Origin: Macrostomum lignano
Taxonomy: Eukaryota
Length of the DNA: 35,456 nt
Direction of reading: 5' to 3'
NCBI GenBank assembly: GCA_002269645.1
Contig: NIVC01003078.1
Span: 1-35,456 of the forward strand
Positions 1 to 11,643 of this stretch are shown piece after piece. The stretch's first letter is position 1. The number at the start of each line of letters is the position of its first letter. The notes below the pieces were generated by a model. That model was not told the DNA's origin. It was given only the letters and a program-made list of their open reading frames with translations, and did not search any database. The position numbers and the translations under genes were made by a program.

Positions 1-376
1 TCTGAGTACCGGGTTATGAGCGAGCCGTCCTGCGTGTCACCCCGGAGTGCCCTTCGCCGGCTAAGAGCCCCGAGGATTACTAGGACTATGGGTCGAATTT
101 CAGTTTTAGTGCACTATAAGCGCGTCTGAGACCGCTTGGTTATCTGCGTACGTGTCTTTGTTGACTTCAGCCCCTTGGTTTATCAAACATAAAATAAATA
201 GACAACTACAGTAACCGCTAGTTCACTTCATTGTTTCATTTATTATTTTTTAAATGGTCAAACGAGCTATCCTTACATCTCCAAACCAGTGTACAACAGT
301 TATGACTTAAAAGAAGAACACAAATCAGATTATTTCGCATCCAGATTTGCATACATGTAAATTAGAATTTTGTATT

Positions 377-1066
377 GAATCTGAATCCGAATCTGAATCC
401 GAATCTGAATCCGAATCTGAATCGAATCTGAATCCGAATCTGAATCCGAATCTGAATCCGAATCTGAATCCGAATCTGAATCCGAATCTGAATCCGAATC
501 TGAATCCGAATCTGAATCCGAATCTGAATCCGAATCTGAATCCGAATCTGAATCTAAATCTGAATCTAAATCCGAATCCGAATCTGAATCCGAATCTGCA
601 AATCAGAATCTGAATCCGAATCTAAATCTGAATCCGAATCTGAATCTGAATCCGAATCTAAATCCGAATCTGAATCTGAATCCGTATCTGAATCAGAATC
701 TGAATCCGAATCTGAATCCGAATCTGAATTTGAATCAGAATCTGAATCCGAATCTGAATTTGAATCCGAATCTGAATCCGAATATGAATCTGAATCCGAA
801 TCTGAATCCGAATCTGAATCCGAATCTGAATCCGAATCTGAATCCAAATCTAAATCCGAATCCGAATCTGAATCCGAATCCGAATCCGAATCCGAATCCG
901 AATCTGAATCCGAATCCGAATCCGAATCCGAATCCGAATCTGAATCCGAATCCGAATCTGATCCGAATCCGAATCCGAATCCGAATCTGAATCCGAATCC
1001 AAATCTGAATCCGAATCCGAATCTGAATCCGAATCTGAATCCGAATCTGAATCCGAATCTGAATCT
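377..1066. repeat. Hexamer microsatellite (GAATCY)n, about 115 units
   Basis: Alternating GAATCC/GAATCT; source of the SD-, NPNL-, FG- and IR-repeat ORFs. Confidence 0.97.
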
Positions 1067-2679
1067 GCATTTATCGAAGGATTCTACTAATAAAGACACT
1101 ACTTTTTCAACGCTCTTCTAGTAGTATATCAGAGTTTTTTTTGTTGTATTTAGCTTTTAGAATTCTAAATCTTGATCGAATTACAACTGTTAATTTACTC
1201 ACTAGTAGCTTTGGATTAAAATATAACAAAGAATAGCGTCTCTCGCACACAAGCTAACTCAGGAAACCTGTTCGCAAATGAATAATGTCTACCCTTATTA
1301 TTTTTCGGCTCGTAGCAGCACAGCTATAATAATGATCATCTTCTAACAGGTGAGGCAGGTGCGAAAATATAATTAGCATGTTGTCGCCTTGGCATGAATC
1401 GCCATGCAGGTTTTTTTGGTTCTGACCGGATGTGAAAAAAAGAAATTGTATGAAATTTAAGTGTAGGTCGACATTCTCATTCATATGCGCATGAGAGCTG
1501 GGATTTGTTAATCTCGCTTGTTCTCTCTCTCTCTCTCTCTCTAGGACTAATCCCCAACAGGTGCTTCCCTGCTCGCACAGAGCATTCAATATGCTCGCCT
1601 AAGACCAAGTTTCTTGCATGTCTATCGCTGCAGATCGTGCCCTGGCATACACCTAGTTATTAGTTGAGTTGAATCACAGAGAATTAACACTGTATGGTCA
1701 AGGGATAAATTGAAAATTCTGGAATTGAGGAGTGAGAGAGAGTGGGTGAGCGTGTGAAAGTCCCTGAGCAGAACAATATGGGAATTAGCAGCAGCAAATG
1801 TGAGGCAGATGTAATAAAAGGAAAGTAAAGGCAGGTGCTGAACAAATGCTTGTGAGGCAAAATTATCACTGGCTGTCAGGCAGGCAGTCGGCAGTACAAA
1901 CAATACATATATATAGATTGACTCCATAATTCAGGCGTTTGGGAAGAGACAAAAAAGCGACGAATGGATAGTCGCGAAAAATCCTTTAGCAAACCTCGGG
2001 AGCGGGGAGCGGGGAGCGGCGGGGGATATTTGGCGTAAGCCCCACCTCGCCTCCTCGCGGAGCGAGCGCCTTCTTCTCCTCGCTCAGTAAGTCAACAGAG
2101 ACAGTCAGTCAGAGTCTAATAAAAATGAGCTGACTGCTCCAATAACTTCCTCACTGGAGAGAGAGAAGCGGGCTCCAAGTGTGCCAAACACGCTTTCTCT
2201 CTCTCTCTCTCGTCTCCCATTCCCAACGCGCGGGACATCAGTTCTGCTTTTAGAAGCAGCAGAAGCGGAGGCGGCGGCGGCAGCAGCGGCTGGTTGTGTG
2301 CGTGACCCAGAAAGCAATTTCTGGCAAAGATTTTTCAATCCAGTCCGCATTGATCAGCGCAGCTACATGGATTTGAGTTCTGCAATTTCGCTTCACCTGC
2401 AGAGGCTTGATATTGAAGAGCAGTTCGAGCAATTTAAATAATTATCCCCACCACCTCAGCTCCGGGAAAGACAATTAAAGCCACAAGTGGACGAGACTGC
2501 AGACTTCTGCAGACTTGCGGCAGAGCATTGTAGGCTGCACGCCCCCGATGGTGACTGCATGGGTTCTCAAACAGCTCGGCATCTACTCGATATTCAGACA
2601 TAGGGCATAATTTTTTTATTCAATTGCTGGAAGGATTTCTGCTGCGCAATTTAATCATTAAGTTGAAGATTCAATGATC

Positions 2680-3190
2680 CAACGATCCAATGACCCAATT
2701 ACCCAAATACCCAAATACCCAATGACCCAATGATCCAATGATCCAGTGCTTAATGACCCAATGACCCAATGACCCAAAAACCCAAATACCCAATGACCCA
2801 ATGACCCAATGACCCAATGACCTAAATACCCAATGAACTAGTGACCCAGTGACTTAATGACCCAATGATCCAATGACCGAATGATCCACTGACCCAATTA
2901 TCCAATGACCCAATCTGGCGAGTAAAGAAACCAAATAACCCAATTACTCAATGACCCAATCATCCAATGACCCAATGACCCAATGACCCAATGATCCAAT
3001 GACCCAATGACCCAATGACCCAATGACCCAATGACTCAATGACCCAATGACCCAATGACCCAATGACCCAATGATCCAATGATCCAATGAGCCAATGACC
3101 CAATGAACCAATGACCCAGTGACTCAATGAACCAATGACCCAGTGACCCAATGACCCAATGACCCAATGACCCAATGATCCAATGAACCA
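2680..3190. repeat. 8-bp tandem repeat (CAATGACC)n with a duplicated flank
   Basis: Direct reading; CTGGCGAGTAAAGAAACCAAATAA occurs at 2915 and 3193. Confidence 0.93.
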
Positions 3191-3248
3191 ACCTGGCGAG
3201 TAAAGAAACCAAATAAACCAGACAGCAGACATTGTATAATTATTAAAG

Positions 3249-3254
3249 TTTATT
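3249..3254 (-). terminator. Candidate polyadenylation signal of the ETS gene
   Basis: AATAAA on the minus strand about 570 nt past the stop at 3827. Confidence 0.4.
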
Positions 3255-3826
3255 TCATCAGATATAGCTCGATTTGGTGCACAACTGTTATAATTGTGGC
3301 TGTACAGACAGCACTGACAAGCTGTACAAATGCTAAATTAAAATTGATCAAATATTTTGTGCAGTTCATCAATTTTTTGTGCCACATCAATTTGCTGTTC
3401 GCTGTTAAACACAGGGGGGGGGCATTTTTAATTTCAGTTTTGATGGTCGAGCTTTCGCACACACAATGCGCGAAGTTACTCGTACATGACAAATTTCGAA
3501 CTGAAAAAAAGCAGGATAAAAACAATTAAATTTCAGCCATGAAACCGACAAAAGAGAAACAGAATTGACATACATAGAGAAAGCAACAATTTTCTTTTGA
3601 CCAAAATAAGCAACGGCAGCAGAAGAAAGGACAGAGAAACACGCGGCAAAAATATGACAGGTTATAGTTTGTACGTGCTAGAGGCTTGGAGAAGTTGATA
3701 AGAGGAAAAGAGAGGGGGGGGGCAACCTTCGGGCAACTCGATGTCAAAATTCGGAAATAACGAATGCGAGACTCTGGAAAGGAAGAATGCCAGCCAGGCC
3801 AGTTGCTGCTGCTGCTGCAGAAGCTT

Positions 3827-4736
3827 CTAGAAGACGCAACTGCTGCCCAGCTTGCCGCTGTCAACGCCCGCCGTAGCCGCCGCCGCCGCCGCCGCGGCCG
3901 CCAGCGCAGCAGCCGTTGTCGGCTTGCCGTTCTCTTCGTCCTCTTCGTCCTCGGTCTCGTCATCGTCTGGAAGCTCCTCGGAGGTGACGGCGGCGGCGGC
4001 CGCGGCGCACATAGCCTGATGGTAGTCGCCTGGAGAGCAGCTGCCGATGCGCTGGAAGTACTCCATGTGCTGCTGGTAGGCGAGCTGCTGCCCACCGCTG
4101 CCATAGTAGTCCACAGCGCCATCGAGATGCTGCTGCCTGTGCATCGACTGCTGAAGCTGCTGCTGCTGCTGCTGCTGCTGGTGATGGTGCATCGGCACAG
4201 GAATCGCGTACTGCACCTGCTGGTGCTGATGATGATGCGGTGGCTGCTGCTGCTGCTGCACCTGCGGCTGCGGACTCGGCGCCGAGTACATGTGCATCGG
4301 CAGGCCTATCGCGGCTGCTGCCGCGGCTGCCGCGGCGGACGCGCAGTCGCCGTACGGATAGTTCAAGTAGATGCCACCGGGGCTGTAGCTGTCGCCGCCG
4401 CCGGCGCTGCCACAGTACTGCCTGGCATCGTACGGCTGACCATCCAGATAGCCGATCTGTCTGGCGCTGCTGTAGCCGGCAGCTGAGCCGTACTGCGACT
4501 GGATCGAATAGCTCCGATAGCCGTCGTCTCCGAGCACAGTCAGCTCTTCCAGAGTCGGCTGCGTTGAGGCCGGGTCGAAATGATCGACGATATGGTGATG
4601 CTGATGATGCTGATGATGGAGCTGCTGGAGCTGCTGCTGTTGCTGATGCTGATGGTTGGAAGACAGCGGCTGCTGGTGCTGATGAAGTTGAGGTTGCTGC
4701 TTCGGCGGCGGCTGCAGCGGCCCCATAATGAAGTCG

Positions 4737-4781
<45 letters not shown>

Positions 4782-5103
4782 AGGCCAATGACGTCAGCCG
4801 ATCGATCAAATGACTGCGAGCCGCGAGCTGCCGTCTTCGAAGAGCCGCCGCCGCCACTGCCGCCGCTGCTGCCGCTGCTGCCTCCAGAGCCGCCGCTCTT
4901 GCCAGTTGAAGTCGCCTGGCGCGGCTGCGTGTCCGGAAGGCCATGCTGTACAGGATCTCCGGGTCGCACACAAACTTGTAGACGTACCGCTCGCCTGCCA
5001 CCTTCTGCATGATGCCCTTCTCGTAGTAATAGCGCAGCGACCGGCTCAGCTTGTCGTAGTTCATGGCTGGCCGGTTCTTCTGAATGCCCCACAGCCGGGC
5101 CAC
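3827..5103 (-). CDS. ETV1/4/5: PEA3-subfamily ETS factor, last coding exon: C-terminal half of the ETS domain plus a long Q/H/G/A-rich tail (apparent frameshift near 4935)
   Basis: Acceptor catcag|GTG at 5104/5103. Reads [56 protein letters not shown], near-identical to the PEA3 ETS domain. The PD-x-Q motif expected next (PDTQPR) is in the adjacent frame, which runs to the stop at 3827. Confidence 0.93.
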
Positions 5104-5379
5104 CTGATGATTGATTGGGGTTGGGGTTGGGGCTCCACTCATACTGCACGGTGAGAGACGTGTCTGATTCTGCGTGTGTGCCAAGCATGACTGTAAATAG
5201 CGTTTCTGGAATTGCAAACATTATTTAATAATAGACTAGAATTGGGAAGAGATCGGGATTAAAGATACTGACGACTCGTCTGTCCCAGAGAAATTTTGAA
5301 TATCTTCAGCCCAATCTCTATGCCAAGATGAACAAATTTCTAATGATTATCGAGTAGGAAGTTTCGCTTGCAAGAATAC

Positions 5380-5660
5380 GAGTAGAGGAGAGAAGAGAGG
5401 AAAAGAGAGGAGAGAAGAGATGAGAGAGGATAGAGAAGAGAGGAGAGAGGAGAGAGGAGAAAGAAGGAAGGAGAGGAGAGAGAAGAAAGAGAAGAGAAGA
5501 AAGAGAAGAAGAGAGGAGAGAGAAGGAGAGAGAAATGATAGACGAGAGGAACGAGAAGAGAGGAGAGAATAGATAAGAGGAGAGAGAAAAGAGAGGAGAG
5601 AGAAGAGAGAAAAGAGAGAAGAGAGATGAGGGGAGAGAAGAAAGAAAAGTGAAGCGAGAG
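5380..5660. repeat. Polypurine (GA-rich) low-complexity tract
   Basis: About 280 nt almost entirely G/A on the plus strand. Confidence 0.92.
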
Positions 5661-5684
5661 TAGATCTGAGAAGAAGCAATAAAA

Positions 5685-5774
5685 ATTCAGCGGGCCGAAT
5701 ATTGTGTGAAGTTTTAAAGGACCCGAGGGCTGGATAGAGAGGCTTCCCTTCGGGCCGGAGTGTGCCGACCCCTG
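5685..5774. mobile_element. Possible solo right end of a hAT element
   Basis: Ends ...CGGGCCGGAGTGTGCCGACCCCTG (reverse complement CAGGGGTCGGCA...), with GGGCCG subterminal motifs. No partner TIR or TSD found. Confidence 0.35.
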
Positions 5775-6284
5775 TACTACAGCCTTATTGATGCTCAGGT
5801 GTCGCGCGCTGATTTTGATTATTAGCAAACTACTGTGGCGCGCCGGCGCTCTTCCTCCGCGGAACAGACACGTGACCTGTCCCGGCCAGTGTCTTCTAGA
5901 AATTCTAGCAATAGCTATGGTCTGTTTGCATTCCCCCTTCCCTCCATGCGCCAGCTATAGCTCGGAGGAAGCTCAGGTGTTTGGGGATTATTAATATCCA
6001 GTCTGGCCGCCACGGCGGTGAACTGGACATTGCTGCAAATATTTTCTTCAAGACCGGCCCCCGGCACGCGTTTGCTTTCGCGCTGTCATCCGGTTTTGCC
6101 TGCTGAAATTTCTGCACAAAACTAAACAGATATTTGAGGGGGGCGACTGGGACTCGAATCTCGGATAGCAAACAGCATTTTGTTTTCTATTTAGTTGGAA
6201 GCGGTAGCTTTTATTATTAAACAAGCCATTCACGGTTTCCGATCGGGGTGTTGAAATTCTAACAAAGTGAAATTGCTATATGAA

Positions 6285-7402
6285 CCATACTTGGAATATT
6301 ACATTTCTAAGAGTATGAAATCATACCGAAAATATGAAATTTCCAAGACTATTAAATCATGTTTGAAATATCAAATATGACATCTCCAAGAATGTTAACT
6401 ATAGTGGATCATGAAATTTCCAAGAATATGAACTCATACCGAAAATATGAAATTTCTAAGAATTCAAACTACACTGGAAATATGAAATTTCTAAGAATTC
6501 AAACTACACTGGAAATATGAAATTTCCAAGAATTTGAACTCATACCGAAAATATGAAATTTCTAAGAATTCAAACTACACTGCAAATATGAAATTTCCAA
6601 GAATTTGAACTCATACCGAAAATATGAAATTTCTAAGAATTCAAACTACACTGCAAATATGAATTTTCTAAGAATTCAAACTACACTGGAAATATGAAAT
6701 TTCTAAGAATTCAAACTACACTGGAAATATGAAATTTCCAAGAATTCAAACTACACCGGAAATATGAAATTTCTAAGAATTCAAACTACACTGGAAATAT
6801 GAAATTTCTAATAATTCAAACTACACTAGAAATATGAAATTTTTAAGAATTCAAACTACACTGGAAATATGAAATTTCTAAGAATTCAAACTACACTGGA
6901 AATATGAAATTTCAAGAGTATGAACTGTACTGAAAATATGAATTTTAAACAGATAAGAATAACTGGAAAGATGAAATTTCTAAGAATTTAAACTACACTG
7001 GAAAGATGAAATTTCTAAGAATTCAAACTACACTGAAAATATGAAATTTCTAAGAATTCAAACTACACTGAAAATATGAAATTTCTAATAATTCAAACTA
7101 CACTGGAAATATGAAATTTCTAAGAATTCAAACTACACTGGAAATATTAAATTTCTAAGAATTCAAACTACACTGGAAATATGAAATTTCTAATAATTCA
7201 AACTACACTGGAAATATGAAATTTCTAATAATTCAAACTACACTGGAAATATGAAATTTCTAAGAATTCAAACTACACTGGAAATATGAAATTTCTAAGA
7301 ATTCAAACTACACTGGAAATATGAAATTCCAAGAGTATGAACTATACTGAAAGTATGAATTTTAAACAGATAAGAATAACTGGAAAGATGAAATTTCTAA
7401 GA
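6285..7402. repeat. 35-bp AT-rich minisatellite GAAATATGAAATTTCTAAGAATTCAAACTACACTG, about 32 units
   Basis: Period 35 (6481 to 6516). A variant block containing AAACAGATAAGAAT recurs at 6947 and 7364. Confidence 0.95.
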
Positions 7403-8333
7403 ATACAACCTAACTTCAAGCATAACAGGTGGGACCTGCAGTTAGTTAACCACAGGCAATATTGGTATTGAGTGTCAGTTTGACAGTTTCAATATGCAGA
7501 ATTCTATCCCCAATTAGAAGCGGTTGTTAAGATCTGTCAGGCTGGTACAGGTGGGAGCTTGCAGCGGTGGTCAAGCTGATTCGAGGCCCAGATTATACAA
7601 CCGATAGGAACACCTGCTGATCAATTTTCGACACAATAAATGTCTTCAAGCACTTGAGTCCGAATTCGAATCTTAGGCCGGTGTCCATTTCACAAAACAG
7701 TGCGATTCTCGCAGAGCATCGTGGAGGCCTATTGAGCCAATGAAGAGTCTCCAGCTATGCTCATAATCCGGCCTTCTCTTATCAATATTGAGAAAGGTGG
7801 CCTTGGTATGGATACTCAAGCCCCCCATAGGCCCTGACTGAGGGATAGATACTCCTAGCTGAAGGGCCGGAGGGCGGAGCGCGCGGGACGGACGGGCGCA
7901 GACCCCTCTCGAAGATCAATGCTCCCCTAATTAGAGGACTTCTCTGGTGGCTTAGATTTTAAGCCTCAGATAACAGGGAGCTGAGGATTGAGAAGCTGAA
8001 GACTCGCAGAGTTGAAAGAGGATTTCGGCGCGAACGCCCCTGGACACGGGGGTGAATTAATGAAAATTTTGCTGCTTTCCCCAGCCTAGGCTAGGGGCCA
8101 TTAAACTAATGAAACTCAGTCAGCATCTCCCTGATCCTCAGCGAGAGTCACTGCGGGCCGGCTCACTCTAACCAGTTTGTATAAAAATAATAATCATAAT
8201 CCGTTAAAACTCTGTTCAAGACCAGCCAGTCTGAGACCCCGCGGCCTGCGGTTTGAGGAAAAGCAAATTTTCAATTAATTAAAACACGATTAGCTAGGGA
8301 GAGGAGGAGCTGTTTTTTGCTTCATCATTTTAG

Positions 8334-9021
8334 TCTAACAATCTCAAAGTCTAGTCTCGCAATCTCAGCGTCTAGCCTCGCAATCTCAAAAAAAATCTCA
8401 CAATCTCAAACTCTAGTCTCACAATCTCTGCGTCTAGTCTCACAATCTCAAACTCTAGTCTCACAATCTCAGCGTCTAGTCTCACAATCTCAAACTCTAG
8501 TCTCACAATCTCAAAGTCTAGTCTCACAATCCTACACTCTAATTCCACAATCCCACACTCTAGTCTCACAATCTTAAACACTAGTCTCACAATCTCAAAG
8601 CCTAGTCTCCCAATCTCAAAGCCTAGTCTCCCAATCTCAAAGCCTAGTCTCCCAATCTCAAAGCCTAGTCTCCCAATCTCAAAGCCTAGTCTCCCAATCT
8701 CAAAGCCTAGTCTCCCAATCTCAAAGTCTAGTCTCACAATCCCGCACTCTAAGTCACAAATCTCACACTCTAGTCTCACAATTCTACACTCTAGTCTCAC
8801 AGTCCCACACTCTAGTCTCACAATCCTACACTCTAGTCTCACAGTCCCACACTCTAGTCTCACAGTCCCACACTCTAGTCTCACAATCCTACACTCTAGT
8901 CTCACAGTCCCACACTCTAGTCTCACAATCCTACACTCTAGTCTCACAGTCCCACACTCTAGTCTCACAATCCCGCACTCTAGTCTCACAGTCCCACACT
9001 CTAGAGTCCCGCCAGTCTCAC
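8334..9021. repeat. 21-bp minisatellite (core CTAGTCTCAC), about 32 units, starting at the ETS splice donor
   Basis: 7-aa periodicity in ORF 8372..8989 (IVRLECG); three variant zones along the array. Confidence 0.95.
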
Positions 9022-9383
9022 CTCCTCAGGCTCAATGAGCTTGAACTCCATCTCTTTGCCAGTCCAGCAGATGCAGCCGCCGCTGCCGGGGTCGTCCAGC
9101 AGGGTGACGAGAAACTGCCACAGCTGCAGGGAGCCGCGCCTGTTCGGTTGGCCACCCAGGGCTGCGGCCGCCCGGCGCAAACTGCAGTGAGCGGCTGCGG
9201 CGGCTGCTGCGGCTGCGGCAGCTGCCGAATCGGCTGGCTTGGCTTCTTGCTGATGATGAGGCTGCTGCTGCTGCTGCGGCGGAGGCTGGGCCAAGTGGTG
9301 ATGATGATGAGGATGATGGTTAGGTGTTGAGAAGGCGGTGAAGTAGCTGTCAGATTTGCAGTGTCGCACCTGGTGCAGATTGG
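9022..9383 (-). CDS. ETV1/4/5: PEA3 ETS factor exon: His/Gln/Ala-rich linker and N-terminal half of the ETS domain
   Basis: RRGSLQLWQFLVTLLDDP...ICWTGKEMEFKLIEPEE. Donor gag|GTGAGA at 9022/9021 is phase 0 and joins EPEE to VARLWG. Acceptor attttag|cc at 9384/9383 is phase 1 and fits the upstream exon; an alternative AG at 9370 is phase 0. Confidence 0.92.
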
Positions 9384-9789
9384 CTAAAATTGATAGATAT
9401 GTATATAGAAATGCATCTCAGTCAGTGGTGTCTCAATTTACCAAACAGACAGAAACATTCACGGAGATCTCACCTGCTGACTCAGGCGTCACTGCAGCCT
9501 GATCCCCGAGTTGACCAGCTGAAAAATTGGGAGATTTCAACAGAATTAAGGAATTATCCCAAAATTCTTTTGCCAGGGGTTTGGACAAGAGGATAAAGTA
9601 TTTTATAGAGCATTTATTTCCTCGAAATCTTTTATCAACAGCATCACCATCAAGCAACCTTTGAAATCCATAAGCATAATCCATAGCCAAAGTTGCTCAG
9701 GTCCTTCAAAAATTCTACAGCTTCTCAAATATCGGCAAAACCTTCTCAAACCTTTTTAACTTCCTCAAACTCCCCCCAGACTCCCAAAA

Positions 9790-10215
9790 AGCTTCCAAAA
9801 ACTTCCCCCAAGCTTCCATGAACTTCCCTCCAGCTTCCCCCAAGCTTCCAAAAACTTCCCTCAAGCTTCCATGAACTTCCCTCCAGCTTCCCCCAAGCTT
9901 CCAAAAACTTCCCTCAAGCTTCCATGAACTTCCCTCCAGCTTCCCCCAAGCTTCCAAAAACTTCCCTCAAGCTTCCATGAACTTCCCTCCAGCTTCCCCC
10001 AAGCTTCCATGAACTTCCCTCCAGCTTCCCCCAAGCTTCCATGAACTTCCCTCCAGCTTCCCCCAAGCTTCCATGAACTTCCCTCCAGCTTCCCCCAAGC
10101 TTCCATGAACTTCCCTCCAGCTTCCCCCAAGCTTCCATGAACTTCCCTCCAGCTTCCCCCAAGCTTTCATGAACTTCCCTCCAGCTTCCCCCAAGCTTCC
10201 ATAAACTTCCCTCAG
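9790..10215. repeat. 32-bp minisatellite CCAGCTTCCCCCAAGCTTCCATGAACTTCCCT, about 13 units
   Basis: Period 32 (10021 to 10053); the unit is itself three ARCTTCC-containing subunits. Confidence 0.93.
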
Positions 10216-10756
10216 ACTTTCCCACAGGTTTCCTCTAAACTCCCCCAAGACTCCCTACCCCAAGCCACGCATTCCGCCTGACCAGCAAACCTAATCAAAT
10301 CCCACCAGATAGAAATTTTGAAACCGCAAATTTCAGCAACTGACTGGCTGCTATACTGCCCCGCCGCCTCGCCCTCTCCCCTCTGTCCGTAGGGAACGCA
10401 GGTAGGGCCGGGTTTCACTCGCAGCAGCAATAAGCCAGCAGAATTTTGACTCTCTTTTCAGGAAATGAGTTTTTCTTCAAGCCCTCCTCCCGGCTGCAAA
10501 GCTGCTTTGCTGACTTCTGAGTCGCCAACTCCCCCCCCCCGCCTAGGCGCTGGGATCGGATTGCATCGAAGGAGGAGAAAATTCAGTAAATCCGAAATCG
10601 CACAAATCACTGGGTTTAGCTGCCTCTGATGATGATGATGTTGTTGATGAACCGCTGCTTGACTGCACTGGAATTAGAAGGCCTGATATCGGTGGCCCGC
10701 CCACAGCCCTGGCGCCCCCTTCCCCCAGCGGGGGCCCCGTCCCAGACTCGCCGCAC

Positions 10757-10969
10757 CTGTCCGCTCAGCCGTCAGCTCGTCCAGTTCCAGCTCCATCGCC
10801 GTGGCGGCCGGAGGAGCTGAAGATGTCGCTTCGTCGGCAAGCTCGGAGTCTGCGGGCTGCGCGACTTCGTCATCATCTTCTTCTTCTTCTTCTTCGTCTT
10901 CGTCCACGTCGTCTTCTGCGTCGTCTCCGACTGCCCCGTTGAAGCTGCTTGGACTGCGGTCGGAGCAGC
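10757..10969 (-). CDS. ETV1/4/5: PEA3 ETS factor exon encoding an acidic segment
   Basis: Acceptor cgcag|gc at 10970/10969 and donor acag|GTGCGG at 10757/10756; 213 nt, phase 1-1. Encodes DDAEDDVDEDEEEEEEDDDE. Assigned by frame compatibility, not by recognised homology. Confidence 0.7.
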
Positions 10970-10976
10970 CTGCGCG

Positions 10977-11643
10977 GAGAGTGACATTGGGGAGAGTGAC
11001 ATTTGGGAGAGTGACATTGGGGAGAGTGACATTAGGGAGAGTGACATTGGAGAGAGAGACATTGGATAGAGAGGGATTGAGGAGAGTGAAATTGGAGAGA
11101 GTGGCACTGTAGAGAGAGTGACACTGCAGAGAGAGTGACACTGTAGAGAGAGTGACAGTGCAGAGAGAGTGACACTGCAGAGAGAGTGACACTGTAGAGA
11201 GAGTGACACTGCAGAGAGAGTGACACTGTAGAGAGAGTGACACTGCAGAGAGAGTGACACTGTAGAGAGAGTGACGCTGAATAGTGACATTGAGTAGAGC
11301 GATGACACTGAGGAGAGAGTGAGACTGAGTAGTGTGACACTCAGTAGAGTGACACCGATTTTAGGGACACTAAGGGGAGGGTGACACTGAGGAGAGAGTG
11401 ACACTGAGGAGAGTGATACTGAGTAGAGTGACACTAAAGAGAGAGTGACACTGAGGAGAGTGACACTGAGTAGAGTGACACTAAGAAGAGAGTGACACTG
11501 AGGAGAGAGTGACACTGAGGAGAGAGTGACACTGAGGAGAGTGATACTGAGTAGAGTGACACTAAAGAGAGAGTGACACTGAGTAGAGTGACACTGAGTA
11601 GAGTGACACTGAGTAGAGTGACACTGAGTAGAGTGACACTGAG
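10977..11643. repeat. 15-17-bp minisatellite, core AGAGTGACA(C/T)TG, abutting the ETS splice acceptor at 10970
   Basis: Direct reading; the number of GA dinucleotides per unit varies. Confidence 0.93.

Noticed and set aside
347-1099. SD-repeat and NPNL-repeat ORFs resembling staphylococcal Sdr proteins or Plasmodium CSP
   Set aside because: All are translations of one hexamer microsatellite, with no flanking domain, signal peptide or splice support.
3764-4813. Long plus-strand ORFs antisense to the ETS last exon (also those antisense to INTS1 exons)
   Set aside because: Expected shadow ORFs of GC-rich, trinucleotide-repeat coding sequence; no recognisable domains.
6285-7402. CRISPR-like 35-bp repeats (and the 36-bp arrays in INTS1)
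   Set aside because: Units are head-to-tail with no unique spacers, there are no cas genes, and the context is eukaryotic introns.
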